Virus genome (UHGV): UHGV-0073938
DNA length: 16,304 nucleotides
From: a virus
Direction: 5' to 3' (one strand)
Shown here: positions 16,067 through 16,304 of the stretch, in pieces
Position numbering within the stretch: the first letter of the stretch is position 1
How the letters are laid out: each line of letters begins with the position of its first letter
Position numbers and translations under genes: made by a program
The notes under the pieces: model-generated
What the model was told of the DNA's origin: nothing
Databases searched by the model: none
What the model saw: only the letters and a program-made list of their open reading frames with translations

Positions 16067-16304
16067 TGCCAGTTTATGCACAAGCTGAAGATCTTAATAA
16101 CGGACTGATCCCGTCAGGTAATGTTTTGCCGGAACAAACTGGGTTTGATGTTGCCCTTCCGGAAGGGGCTAATCCTGAGCCATTGCCACCTGAGCCTTCC
16201 GTATGGGGGGCTGCAATGCGACAGAACAATATTCTGGCTGGTTTTTTCCGCCCAGCCAGACAGTTTGAACCGGTCGAAGGTTATAACCCATATGCTGATA
16301 AAAA
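16066..16304 (+). CDS. hypothetical virion protein, 5' partial (runs off the window)
   Basis: ATG at 16066 overlaps the preceding TAA (TAATG). Open frame to the window end (MPVYAQAEDLNNGLIPSGNVLPEQTGFDVALPEG...). Confidence 0.5.
   Translation, partial: MPVYAQAEDLNNGLIPSGNVLPEQTGFDVALPEGANPEPLPPEPSVWGAAMRQNNILAGFFRPARQFEPVEGYNPYADK

Noticed and set aside
1-16304. CRISPR array, integrase, transposase or insertion sequence
   Set aside because: No spaced direct-repeat array, no recombinase-sized ORF and no terminal inverted repeats were seen; the cargo insert has no evident mobility gene.

Overview
This window reads as the late (packaging and morphogenesis) region of a tailed phage or prophage, almost entirely on the + strand with tightly coupled genes: a small Cys-rich ORF, terminase small and large subunits, portal, a small protein, an acidic scaffold-like protein, major capsid protein, three small head-associated proteins, then a block whose gene sizes and order resemble the T7-type tail-tube/internal-core set (about 216 aa in two ORFs, 823 aa, 154 aa, 191 aa, 905 aa with a lytic transglycosylase motif) and the start of one more gene. 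The striking exception is a roughly 1.8 kb insert between the large terminase and the portal (about 2511-4308). It carries a low-GC (about 30%) gene on the opposite strand encoding a membrane-anchored coiled-coil protein, two minus-strand intrinsic terminators, a minus-strand tRNA-Arg(UCU), a GC-rich ORF-less segment and a small disordered ORF. I regard this insert as the most likely place for an undescribed accessory function, possibly superinfection exclusion or abortive-infection defence. Other points: an apparent frameshift splitting the gp11-like tail gene, tandem repeats plus a terminator in front of the small terminase gene, and a C-terminal peptide motif shared by two head-module proteins. 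All calls rest on reading the sequence and on remembered family features; no database search was run.
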